From: an uncultured delta proteobacterium
Lineage (GTDB): Bacteria > Desulfobacterota > Binatia > UBA9968
DNA: 64,000 bases
Direction: 5' to 3'
Assembly: GCA_963816145.1 (NCBI GenBank)
Contig: CAWFJP010000003.1
Span: forward strand, 64,001-128,000
The stretch's first letter is position 1. The number at the start of each line of letters is the position of its first letter. A model generated the notes under the pieces. That model had not been told where the DNA came from, made no database searches, and was given only the letters and a program-made list of their open reading frames with translations. The translations under genes were made by a program, and so were the position numbers. Below are positions 36,647 through 45,880 of this stretch, piece after piece.

Positions 36647-38929
36647 TTATTTACTACTCTGTTTTTCCTTTAGGGCGCGAAGTATCTTTTCCGGTGTGAT
36701 CGGCAAGGTCTTCACGCGCACGCCGACGGCGTCGAAGATGGCGTTATTGATCACCGCTGCGGTCGGATCCATGTTGAGTTCGCCCAATCCCTTGGCGCCG
36801 AAGGGGCCGGTGGGCTCGTAAGAATCGGCGAAGGCATGTTGCAGCGGCGGCATGTCGCGCATGGAGGGAATACGATAATCGGAAAAATTGGGGTTGATCG
36901 GCCGCCCTTCCTCGATCTGCAAACCTTCGGTGAGCGCGTAGCCGAGGCCTTGGGCCAAACCGCCTTCGACCTGGCCTTCGGCGCCGATCGGATAGATCAC
37001 TGTGCCGCAGTCGGAGGCGACGACCATTTGCAGGACTTTCACCTGTCCAGTCTGAGGGTCGACGTGAATCTGCGCTGCTTGCACGCCGTAGTTGTACGCG
37101 CCCGATTCGTTGCCGAAGCGGGTGCTATCAGGGAGCACGGAGTCGGCGTCGAAACTGCCGGAGCCGACGATGGGCGCGCCGTTATGGCGGAACAGTCTGG
37201 CGCGGGCGACATCGGCGACGGTCACGGCTTTACCTTCGGCGCCCTTCACGAAAATCCTGCCATCCCGCGACATCATGTCGGCGGCGTTGGCTTCTAACAT
37301 CTCGGCGGCCTGCTCAAAGAGTTGTTGTTTAACGTTGGTGGCGGCGTTCTTGACCGCGTTGCCGCTGACATAGGTTAAACGGCTGGCGAAAGCGCCCAGG
37401 CAAAAGGTCGTCAGATCGGTGTCGGCGCGGGAGATTTCCACATCTTCCACCGGCACGCCGAGCTCTTCGGCGGCGATCTGGCACATCGCCGTGTGCACGC
37501 CCTGGCCGCATTCGCCTTCGCCGCTCAGGATCAGCGCCTTGCCGTCTTCGTTGATTTTGATTGTCGCCGAGCTGCCGTCGTAGTCGCCGAAGTGGCGTTT
37601 GCCGCTGACGTGAACGGTGCAGGCCAAGCCCAACCCCGTGTTCGGCGCTTTGTTGGCGCGCTTGGCTTGCCAGTCGATCATCTTCTCGGTCATGTCGAGG
37701 CACTGCTTGAGCTCGCAACTGGTGACGCGATTGCCGTGCGGCGAGACGTAGCCGACTTCGGCGGCGTTGATACGGGCGATTTCCAATGGATCGATGCCGA
37801 GGGCGTGTGCGCCCAGGTCGATGGCCTGCTCGACCGCCCATTCCGCCGAAGGATTGCCGAAGCCGCGGAACGCTCCGGTGGGAATCTTGTTAGTGTAGAC
37901 AAGCTTGGCTTCGAGCTTGACGTCGGAATACTTGTAGCAAGTGTCATGGCGCATCGCCGCGACGCCGGTGATCGCCGGCGCCTTGGCCGAATAGGCGCCG
38001 TTGTCGGCGATGACTTTCAGTTCTTTGGCACGGATGCGGCCGTCCTTTTTAAATCCCATCTTGACGTTGATCTTCATGAACACACGCGGTCGGCAGCCGG
38101 CCAAAAACTCTTCTTCGCGGCTGTTGATCACCCGCACCGGTTTGCCGGCTTTGCGCGCCAGCACGGCGCAGACCAGCGCATTGTTATCGTCGCAGGACTT
38201 GCCACCGAAGCCGCCGCCGACCGCGCTCTGAATAATCCGCACGTCGGTCTCGGGCACGCCCAAGGCCGTGGCGATGCGGTAGCGCGCATTGAACAGCGTC
38301 TGGGTGTTCATGTAGATCGTATATTTACCGTTGGGCGCATACTCGACCACGCTGCCGATGGTCTCGATGGCACAGTGCCACTGCGGCATGCTGGTGAAGG
38401 TGTCCTCGACGATGATGTCTGAATCGGCGAAGGCTTGGGCGATGTTGCCGCGTTCGAGATCCAAGTGCATGGCGATGTTATTCGGCTTGTCGTCGTGCAC
38501 CAACGGCGCGCCGTCTTGCATCGCTTCATCGGCATCGAACACACCCGGCAACGGCTCCCAGTCCACTTCGATCAAATCGAGCGCTTCTTCGGCGATATCG
38601 GGATCGATGGCCGCCACCGCCGCAACTTCTTCGCCGACGTAGCGGGTTTTACCGACCGAGAGAATATATTGGTCGGCAAAAAATGCGCCCCAGGGGCGCT
38701 TGATCGTGTCTTCGGCGGTGACCATGGCGCGGACGCCGCGCAGCTTCTCGGCCTTGCTGGTGTCGATGCTGCGGATGCGCGCGTGGGGATAGGGGCTGCG
38801 CAAGATCCTGCCGGTGAGCATGCCGGGCAAATGAATGTCGGCGATGAATTTGGAGTCGCCGGTGACTTTGTCGAAGCCCTCGACGCGCTGGACGCGCTTG
38901 CCGACGACGGAGAATTGAGATTTAGCCAT
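36647..38929 (-). CDS. Mo-hydroxylase large subunit (xanthine dehydrogenase / 4-hydroxybenzoyl-CoA reductase alpha-like)
   Basis: LRSPYPHARI, VGGGFGGK, GAFRGFGNP, EGQVEGG, GPFGAKGLGE. Confidence 0.92.
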   Translation of the reverse strand: MAKSQFSVVGKRVQRVEGFDKVTGDSKFIADIHLPGMLTGRILRSPYPHARIRSIDTSKAEKLRGVRAMVTAEDTIKRPWGAFFADQYILSVGKTRYVGEEVAAVAAIDPDIAEEALDLIEVDWEPLPGVFDADEAMQDGAPLVHDDKPNNIAMHLDLERGNIAQAFADSDIIVEDTFTSMPQWHCAIETIGSVVEYAPNGKYTIYMNTQTLFNARYRIATALGVPETDVRIIQSAVGGGFGGKSCDDNNALVCAVLARKAGKPVRVINSREEEFLAGCRPRVFMKINVKMGFKKDGRIRAKELKVIADNGAYSAKAPAITGVAAMRHDTCYKYSDVKLEAKLVYTNKIPTGAFRGFGNPSAEWAVEQAIDLGAHALGIDPLEIARINAAEVGYVSPHGNRVTSCELKQCLDMTEKMIDWQAKRANKAPNTGLGLACTVHVSGKRHFGDYDGSSATIKINEDGKALILSGEGECGQGVHTAMCQIAAEELGVPVEDVEISRADTDLTTFCLGAFASRLTYVSGNAVKNAATNVKQQLFEQAAEMLEANAADMMSRDGRIFVKGAEGKAVTVADVARARLFRHNGAPIVGSGSFDADSVLPDSTRFGNESGAYNYGVQAAQIHVDPQTGQVKVLQMVVASDCGTVIYPIGAEGQVEGGLAQGLGYALTEGLQIEEGRPINPNFSDYRIPSMRDMPPLQHAFADSYEPTGPFGAKGLGELNMDPTAAVINNAIFDAVGVRVKTLPITPEKILRALKEKQSSK

Positions 38930-38961
38930 ATTGGTTATCGTTGAGCGTATTCTTTCGGATT

Positions 38962-39047
38962 ATCTCTCGCAAAGACGCTAAGCTCGCAAAGGGAAGAACA
39001 ACTTCTTGGGTCTTAATACTTGGCGTCTTTGCGCCTTTGCGAGAGAT
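38962..39047. repeat. 8-9-bp-period inverted hairpin repeat (cgcaaag / ctttgcg)
   Basis: atctctcgcaaagacgctaagctcgcaaag ... cttggcgtctttgcgcctttgcgagagat; a half copy lies at ~22471-22493. Confidence 0.85.
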
Positions 39048-39057
39048 TGTCTTAATC

Positions 39058-39609
39058 TTAGCTCGTTTTTGCCACCGGTTTATAAACGTCGAGGCTCTGA
39101 ATCTTTGCTGTGGTCTCGCGTTTACGAAACTGATAATCCGGATCGGTTTTGCCATTGATCACGGCCATCACCGATTCGAGAATCTTGTAATATCCCGTGC
39201 AGCGGCACAGATTGCCCGACATCCACTCCTTCACCTCTTCTTCACTCGGCTGGGGATTTTCATCGAGCAGAGCTTTGGCAGCCATGATCTGGCCTGGAGT
39301 GCAGATGCCGCACTGAAAGCCGCCATATTCAATAAACGCCTGCTGCAGCGGATGGAGCTTGCCGTTTTTAGCCAGTCCCTCAATGGTTTCGATATTTTTG
39401 CCTTCACAGCCAGCAGCTAGGGTCAGACAGGAACTTACCAGGCGGCCATCGACAATCACGCTACACGCGCCGCAGACGCCGATGCTACAACCCTCTTTGG
39501 TGCCGGTGAGGTCGAGGCTGTCGCGCAGCACTTGCAACAGCAAGCGGTTGGCTTCGACTTCGACCTCGTAATCTTGTCCGTTGACGGTGAGAGTCAACTG
39601 CTTTTTCAT
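39058..39609 (-). CDS. Mo-hydroxylase [2Fe-2S] subunit
   Basis: [26 protein letters not shown]. Confidence 0.92.
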   Translation of the reverse strand: MKKQLTLTVNGQDYEVEVEANRLLLQVLRDSLDLTGTKEGCSIGVCGACSVIVDGRLVSSCLTLAAGCEGKNIETIEGLAKNGKLHPLQQAFIEYGGFQCGICTPGQIMAAKALLDENPQPSEEEVKEWMSGNLCRCTGYYKILESVMAVINGKTDPDYQFRKRETTAKIQSLDVYKPVAKTS

Positions 39610-40019
39610 GTCGCCGACCATAGCGTTTGTCGCCAATAGATTCAACGTTTCGGGCGCATAAAGGCTGGCGTGAATCGCCCGGGCTCCGAGACATTTTCCC
39701 AGGAGAATTGAATCCAAGATTCGTACTCGCCTTGCCTAGTGATTGGGCAAGCTGCCCGGATATTCGGCATTGGATGAATCACGATCTGTCCAATCCAGTT
39801 GTGAACCGGGTATATCCTGAGGGTTTCGAGATCGTACTAAATGATTTTGCCAATACGACGGTGGCGTGAAATCTTGCTCCGAAATTTCCCTGAGAGTTTT
39901 AATTGGACTGATGATTCAGTTGTGATATGGCGTCAATGTGGGTCGGGTTGCCTTACCATAATCCTGGTCGTCAGGGTTTCATTCGAAATAATTTACCGGT
40001 CGTGGATAAGGAGAACAGC

Positions 40020-41093
40020 GTGACACATAGAAGCATTAGATTCTTATTCCTGGCGCTGGTCGCGCTCATAACCCTTAGCGTCGAATCGAAGCGGGCCGAC
40101 GCGCAAAGCGGCGGCGCTACTGATCCGCGCTTCGAAAAGCTCGCCAAAGACCTATATCCGAAAGCGAAAAAAGAAGGATCGTTGGTCATCTATACGATCT
40201 GGGACGTCGAGCATATCCGCTCAATCCTGGCGGTTTTCAACAAGCGCTTTCCGGACATCAACACGAGCTATTGGCAGGGCACGCGCTCCGAGATCATTGC
40301 CCGCACCTTGACCGAATTTCAGGGTGATCAGAAAAGCACCGACGTGATTCTCAGCGAGGGCGCGCCGGTGGTGCTGCGCGCCGCCGGCGCGATCGAGCCC
40401 TATAACACTGTGCAAGCTAGTGCGCTGCTGCTGCACGATCCGACACTGCCGACGGTGAGCCTGCAGATCATGGCGCTTTCGTATAACACCAAAAAACTTA
40501 AATCCGAAGATCTGCCCAAGAGCTGGGAGGATGTGATCAATCCCAAATATAAAGGCATGGTGGCGCTCGACGATCCACTGCGGGCTGGACCGTTGAGTGG
40601 CTTGCTCGCCGGAACAAAAGAGTACTGGAAAGACGATGCCCGCTGGACCAAATACGTCAAGGGATTGAAGGCGCTCAACGTCACCTTGCACAAAAGCACC
40701 AGTGCGATGTTTCGCTTGCTGATTGCCGGCGAGTATTCCATCGCCATGCCTTCGCTGCTGCACGACGTGGTCGAAGAGAAAGAAAAGAGCAGTCCGGTGG
40801 ACTACGTGAGAAGCGCCGCGCCGATTATTTCGGCGCAGCAGTTGGGTATTTACGGCAAGGCGCCGCATATCAACGGCGCCAAGTTATTCGCCGAGTGGAT
40901 GATTGCGCCGGAGGGACAGCTGGCGGTGGCCGCAGTGGGCCGTGAGGTGTCGCGCAAAGGAGTGAAATCCAAAGCGTCGATCGAGAGCGCCTGGGATAGC
41001 AAGGTCAAACCGATCCCGCTAATCAATAGCGCTTATTCCGAAGACCCGCGCAAGTGGCTCGACGCCAACGTCAAGCCATTGTGGGAAAACTAG
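40020..41093 (+). CDS. ABC transporter extracellular solute-binding protein (Fe/thiamine/AfuA-like fold)
   Basis: RBS aaggag and GTG 40020; signal peptide, AKKEGSLVIY, YNTK..LPKSWED, APHINGAKLF. Confidence 0.85.
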   Translation: MTHRSIRFLFLALVALITLSVESKRADAQSGGATDPRFEKLAKDLYPKAKKEGSLVIYTIWDVEHIRSILAVFNKRFPDINTSYWQGTRSEIIARTLTEFQGDQKSTDVILSEGAPVVLRAAGAIEPYNTVQASALLLHDPTLPTVSLQIMALSYNTKKLKSEDLPKSWEDVINPKYKGMVALDDPLRAGPLSGLLAGTKEYWKDDARWTKYVKGLKALNVTLHKSTSAMFRLLIAGEYSIAMPSLLHDVVEEKEKSSPVDYVRSAAPIISAQQLGIYGKAPHINGAKLFAEWMIAPEGQLAVAAVGREVSRKGVKSKASIESAWDSKVKPIPLINSAYSEDPRKWLDANVKPLWEN

Positions 41094-41185
41094 CCGGGTT
41101 AGCCTGCCTCGCGCGCTGGCAACTTAACAAAGATCAAGAGTCGTGCTGGCGCGTGACACTGCAAAAGGTGTAGAGCATAAGACCG

Positions 41186-42472
41186 ATGATAAGCAAACGG
41201 GAACAAGCCGAAGTCATCAAGCGCATTGATCGTGACGAGCTAGCCGCGCTCACCAAAGATCTCGTCGATATTCCAAGTCCGACCGGTTCGGAAAAAACCC
41301 TCGGTGATTTTATTCTTGGCTGGTTCGCGCGCCATGGCATCAAGACCGTGCGCCAAGAGATTAACCCCGAGCGACTTAATGCCGTTGGCATTGTCGAAGG
41401 TGGTGCCAACGGGGTTTCGTTGATGATCAACGGTCATATGGACACGAGCTACACGGGCACCGCGGAAGACGCGATGTTTTGCCGTACCCTCGAGCCCGAT
41501 GACGATCTCAAAGGCGCGGTGCGCGACGGCAAGGTGTTCGGCCTCGGCGCATCCAACATGAAGTCGGGTCTGGCCGCGTTCATGGTCGCGGGAAAGGCGA
41601 TCCGTGAAAGCGGCCTCAGACTGAAGGGCGATCTTATTTTAGCGGCGGTCGCCGGCGAAATCTCGAGAACTCCCATCGGTCCCTATCAGTCAGAAGCGTA
41701 TCGCGGCGAAGGCACCGGTACGATTCATTTGTTAACCCACGGTATTCAGTCGGACTATGCCATCGTTGCCGACCGCTCGGGCCACTCGATTGTCTGGGCG
41801 CAAAATGGCGTGGCTCAGTTTAAAATCAGCACCTTCGGCGATCCCCATGCGGCATGGGGCGTGACTCGCGAAGAGAAATCACCGGAAGCCTCCAGCGCTA
41901 TTTTGAAAATGATCAAAGTTTTGCAAGCAGTTGACGGCTGGGCTGGCGAATTCGAACGAGCTCACGTTTATGCCTCGCCACATGGCCCGCTGGTGCCAAA
42001 GGTCAACATCGGTTCGATTCAGGGTGGCGCGCCGTTCCGGCCCAACTATTATCCCGGGGTTTGCTCGATCTATGTCGACGTGCGCACGCCACCGGAATTG
42101 CGGCCTGTGCAAGCGCAGCGCGAACTGAAGGCGGTACTCGGCAAGCTCGGCATCGAATTCGAGTTGGAAATGTACGCGTCCAAGATGGGCTATGAGGCAA
42201 AAAAGGTTGATTCGGTCATTAAGGTTCTCGAAGAGAGTTATCAGGCGCTGCTCGGCAAGAAGACGCCGACACCGACCGGCGTGCACGCGAGTATTTGGAC
42301 AGACACCAATATTTACAACGAAATGGGCATTCCGGCGTGCAAATTTGGCTTGGGCGGGGGACGCTGGAAGTTTCGTTCCGAGCAGATCGACGTTGAGGAT
42401 ATCTACCAGGCGGCTCAGGTTTATGCCTGTGCTGCACTGGAAATTTGCAACTGGGACAAGCCGCGGGATTGA
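41186..42472 (+). CDS. M20/ArgE-DapE family metallohydrolase (atypical ligands)
   Basis: LVDIPSPTG, NGHMDT, GLGASNMKSG, VAGEI. Confidence 0.82.
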   Translation: MISKREQAEVIKRIDRDELAALTKDLVDIPSPTGSEKTLGDFILGWFARHGIKTVRQEINPERLNAVGIVEGGANGVSLMINGHMDTSYTGTAEDAMFCRTLEPDDDLKGAVRDGKVFGLGASNMKSGLAAFMVAGKAIRESGLRLKGDLILAAVAGEISRTPIGPYQSEAYRGEGTGTIHLLTHGIQSDYAIVADRSGHSIVWAQNGVAQFKISTFGDPHAAWGVTREEKSPEASSAILKMIKVLQAVDGWAGEFERAHVYASPHGPLVPKVNIGSIQGGAPFRPNYYPGVCSIYVDVRTPPELRPVQAQRELKAVLGKLGIEFELEMYASKMGYEAKKVDSVIKVLEESYQALLGKKTPTPTGVHASIWTDTNIYNEMGIPACKFGLGGGRWKFRSEQIDVEDIYQAAQVYACAALEICNWDKPRD

Positions 42473-42481
42473 TTTCGTTCC

Positions 42482-42664
42482 ATGGGCTTTCCGATGGAAG
42501 AGCAGCTGCGAAAAATCAATCGGGATTATGGATTCAATCTAAGCGAAGCGGAAATTCAAACCATCGCGTGCCGAGCCGAGGAGTTCGAGCGCTTGTTTCG
42601 TTGTTTATATGAAGTCGATCTGAGCGAAACGGCGCCGCTGCTGAAACTAGATAAAAGGCCGTAG
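42482..42664 (+). CDS. small GatC/AtzG-like putative amidase partner
   Basis: ~60 aa helical ORF immediately upstream of the amidase, ending in VDLSETAP. Confidence 0.55.
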   Translation: MGFPMEEQLRKINRDYGFNLSEAEIQTIACRAEEFERLFRCLYEVDLSETAPLLKLDKRP

Positions 42665-42666
42665 CC

Positions 42667-44109
42667 ATGGCCGAAGACGGCGAAATAGCGACCATCAGTG
42701 ATTTCGCGCCGCGCATTCGACGCAAAGAAATTTCCCCGGTGGAGCTGACACGGCTCTATCTCGAAAACGTGGCCCGGCTCAATCCGGTTCTCAATGCCTA
42801 TGTTACGGTAATCGAGGATCAAGCCGTCGAAGAAGCGCGTCAGGCGGAGCGGGAAGTTCTCCGCGGCCAATATCGCGGTCCGCTGCACGGTATTCCGTTC
42901 TCGATCAAAGACAATCTGGCAACGCGCGGAGTCAGAACCACCGCGGGATCTAAAATCCTCGCCGAGTGGATTCCCGATTTCGATGCCACGGCGGTGCAAA
43001 GATTGAAAGTTGCCGGCGCGATCCTGCTGGGCAAAACCAACATGCACGAGTGGGCGCTTGGCGGCACGACCATCAATCCGTTCTATGGCACGACGCACAA
43101 TCCCTGGAATGTCGACCATATCGCTGGCGGGTCAAGCGGCGGGTCCGCCGCCGCGGTGGCGGCCGACTTGTGCCTGGCTTCGATCGGTACCGATAGCGCA
43201 CAATCCGTGCGCAACCCCGCTTCAATGTGCGGCATTGTCGGACTAAAGCCGACCTACGGGCGGGTGAGCCAGTACGGCACGGTTGCCGGCACCGGCGCCT
43301 ATTCGACCAATCACACGGGCGTATTGACACGGACGGTGGCGGATTGCGCGCTGGTGCTGCAATGCATCGCGGGCTACGATCCCAGAGATCCGCTCAGCGC
43401 CAACGCGCCGGTAACGAACTTTTCGGCCAGGATCGGCATGGAAGTCAAAGGCATCAAGGTTGGCATTCTGCATGGCTACTTCGATGAATACATCGCCGGT
43501 GAAGTGAGTGAGCGTTTCTCCCAGGCCGTGGCGGCGTTGACTTGGCTGGGCGCGCAATGCGAGGAAGTGACGACGCCGCACCTCGATCTGGTTCCGGCGA
43601 TCAAAGTTTGCACCAGCCGAGTCGAGAATGCCGCCGCCCACGATGCATATTTGCGTACCAAGGCTCAGGAGTATAGCAAGGCGACGTTGCACAGTTATAT
43701 CGCCGCACTGCTGACGCCGGCCTCAACCTATGTGATGGCGCAACGGGCGCGGCGGATCGTCTGCGACGAATTCGATGATTTGTTGAAGCGGGTGCAGTTG
43801 CTGATCTTGCCGACAATCGGCTTTCCGGTACCGACGATCGAACAGTGCAACGAGGGGTATGTCGAATTCGACGGCAAGAAGCTGCCGCGGCAAGATTGCC
43901 GTGGCGGCCTCGAAAGCCTTTGCTGCATTCCGTTCAACGTCACGGGATTGCCGGCGATCAGTGTGTGTTGCGGTTTTTCCCAGTCGGGATTGCCGTTGGG
44001 TCTACAGATCGTCGCCGGCTCGTTTCAAGAGCCATTGCTGTTTCAGCTCGCGCACGCTTACGAGCGGTTAACTGAATGGCACACGCGGCGACCGGCTTTA
44101 CCCAGTTAA
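42667..44109 (+). CDS. amidase signature family protein (GatA/AtzE-like)
   Basis: GPLHGIPFSIKD, GKTNMHE, GGSSGGSAAAVA, GTDSAQSVR, GLPLGLQ. Confidence 0.92.
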   Translation: MAEDGEIATISDFAPRIRRKEISPVELTRLYLENVARLNPVLNAYVTVIEDQAVEEARQAEREVLRGQYRGPLHGIPFSIKDNLATRGVRTTAGSKILAEWIPDFDATAVQRLKVAGAILLGKTNMHEWALGGTTINPFYGTTHNPWNVDHIAGGSSGGSAAAVAADLCLASIGTDSAQSVRNPASMCGIVGLKPTYGRVSQYGTVAGTGAYSTNHTGVLTRTVADCALVLQCIAGYDPRDPLSANAPVTNFSARIGMEVKGIKVGILHGYFDEYIAGEVSERFSQAVAALTWLGAQCEEVTTPHLDLVPAIKVCTSRVENAAAHDAYLRTKAQEYSKATLHSYIAALLTPASTYVMAQRARRIVCDEFDDLLKRVQLLILPTIGFPVPTIEQCNEGYVEFDGKKLPRQDCRGGLESLCCIPFNVTGLPAISVCCGFSQSGLPLGLQIVAGSFQEPLLFQLAHAYERLTEWHTRRPALPS

Positions 44110-44121
44110 ACTCCGGCGTCT

Positions 44122-45780
44122 TTACACCGATCGTCCCGAATGGGTTTTGCCCCAGCGCGCGCGCATGGTTTTCATGGTGTCGCCTTCGCCGACTTCGACG
44201 CGAGTCTGTTTGAGCCGCTCCCAAACCTTCTCATGTTCACTTTTAGCTGCTAGATCCGCTTCTTGCGACAGGTCGTCCGGCCAGTAGCCCATCAGATAGC
44301 CATGCCAGGGCTCTTGCGGTTCCAGTGCTGGTAAACCCAACTCTTCCCAAAGCTGTTTCGCCCGCACCATGAATTCTTTCTTGGGCAGCGACAGGGGCGG
44401 AAAGTCGGCCTTGCGCGTGGCGTCGATCAACACCGACGACTCGCAATTATCATAGCGGCTCGACGGATGGCTGCAGACCATGCCGATGGGCGTGGCGCCG
44501 AAGGGCCGATCGGGAATGATTTTGAAATCCTTGTGCGGCTGCGAACGATGCGTGATCGCCCAAGTGACCGCCACGGGATCTTTGATGTTGATGTCTTCGT
44601 CGCAGGCCACCACCATCTTGCCGACCCGGTCACCGTAATCCAAGATCGCCTGCATCACTTTTCCAGGTTCTTCGTCGTTGCGTTTTTTGAGACTGACGGC
44701 GACGTAGGGGCGCAGATTCACCAGCGGTTCGATCAGATGGACATCGTGCACGCTGTCGAAACCCTTCTTGATCAAGTAGCGCTTGATCAAGGTCGACATA
44801 CCCATTGCCTTGATCTTCGAGCTTTCGCTCGGCGTCACCTGGCTGATGATCGACACCCAGATGGGATTTTTTCTGTGCGTGACGCACTTCAACTCGAAAA
44901 TAAAACTCAACGTGCGCGGATCGATATAGCCCATCGACTCGCCGTAGGGGCCTTCTTCTTCCATGTACTTAGTGGGAATAATTCCTTCCAGGACGATTTC
45001 CGCGGTCGCTGGCACTTCCAAGTCGACGGTCTTGCACTTGATCAGTTGCACCGGCGCGCCCTGCAGGCCGCCCGCCAAGGCCAGTTCATCGACATCGGGC
45101 GGCACTTTCTGAGTCGCCGCATAGGACACCACCGGGATGGTGCCGACGACGATGGCGACCTCCAAAGGCTTGCCCATACGCCGGCATTTCTCCCATTGAT
45201 TGGACAGGTCTTGCGGCGTGCCGGTCATGAGCCCGGTGCGATCGGGTCCCTTAATCAATCCGCGATAGTTGCCGACATTGCGCTGGCCGGTTTCAGGATC
45301 CTTGGTGATCCAGTGGCCGGCGGTGATGTAAGGGCCGTTGTCGAAGCCGGGCGTGGAGATCGGCACGGCGAATTCGTTGATCCCGCCATGGGCGAGCAGA
45401 TCCGCGCCCATATGGACTTCTTCCTGGGCCGGTCCGCTGTCGACCATCACCGGCGCGATCAGATTATCGAGGGCGTGGATCCAACGATCGGGCACTTCCT
45501 CCGGCTGGCACTTGAGTCCCAGCGAATAAATCGCTTCCGAACCGGACAAGCCGCCGACCAAGACCGAGCAGTCGTACTTATGGCCTTTGCCGTCGACGAC
45601 GTTGTCGAACAAGAAACCACGGCGCTGCGATTCGGCGATGCCGCCGCGATACTGCCAGCGCACCAGCGGTTGCAATTCGCTGTCCTTGTTGATCTCGCGG
45701 CGGATGCGATAAAGCTTTTCATGCTTTTCCAGTTCGCCGATAAATTCGCGCAAATCATGATAGGGCTGAGCAAAATTCAT
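44122..45780 (-). CDS. UbiD-family decarboxylase
   Basis: NVGNYR, AEIVLEG, EGPYGESMGY, DEDIN, IDATRK. Confidence 0.9.
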   Translation of the reverse strand: MNFAQPYHDLREFIGELEKHEKLYRIRREINKDSELQPLVRWQYRGGIAESQRRGFLFDNVVDGKGHKYDCSVLVGGLSGSEAIYSLGLKCQPEEVPDRWIHALDNLIAPVMVDSGPAQEEVHMGADLLAHGGINEFAVPISTPGFDNGPYITAGHWITKDPETGQRNVGNYRGLIKGPDRTGLMTGTPQDLSNQWEKCRRMGKPLEVAIVVGTIPVVSYAATQKVPPDVDELALAGGLQGAPVQLIKCKTVDLEVPATAEIVLEGIIPTKYMEEEGPYGESMGYIDPRTLSFIFELKCVTHRKNPIWVSIISQVTPSESSKIKAMGMSTLIKRYLIKKGFDSVHDVHLIEPLVNLRPYVAVSLKKRNDEEPGKVMQAILDYGDRVGKMVVACDEDINIKDPVAVTWAITHRSQPHKDFKIIPDRPFGATPIGMVCSHPSSRYDNCESSVLIDATRKADFPPLSLPKKEFMVRAKQLWEELGLPALEPQEPWHGYLMGYWPDDLSQEADLAAKSEHEKVWERLKQTRVEVGEGDTMKTMRARWGKTHSGRSV

Positions 45781-45880
45781 AGAGTTTTGGTCTATGTTTT
45801 TTTTTCTGGTTTATCAAGGCCAGTTGGGCCATTTTGCTTGCAAATTTACCGGCGCATCGTAAGATTGGGCGTCCCCGCTC

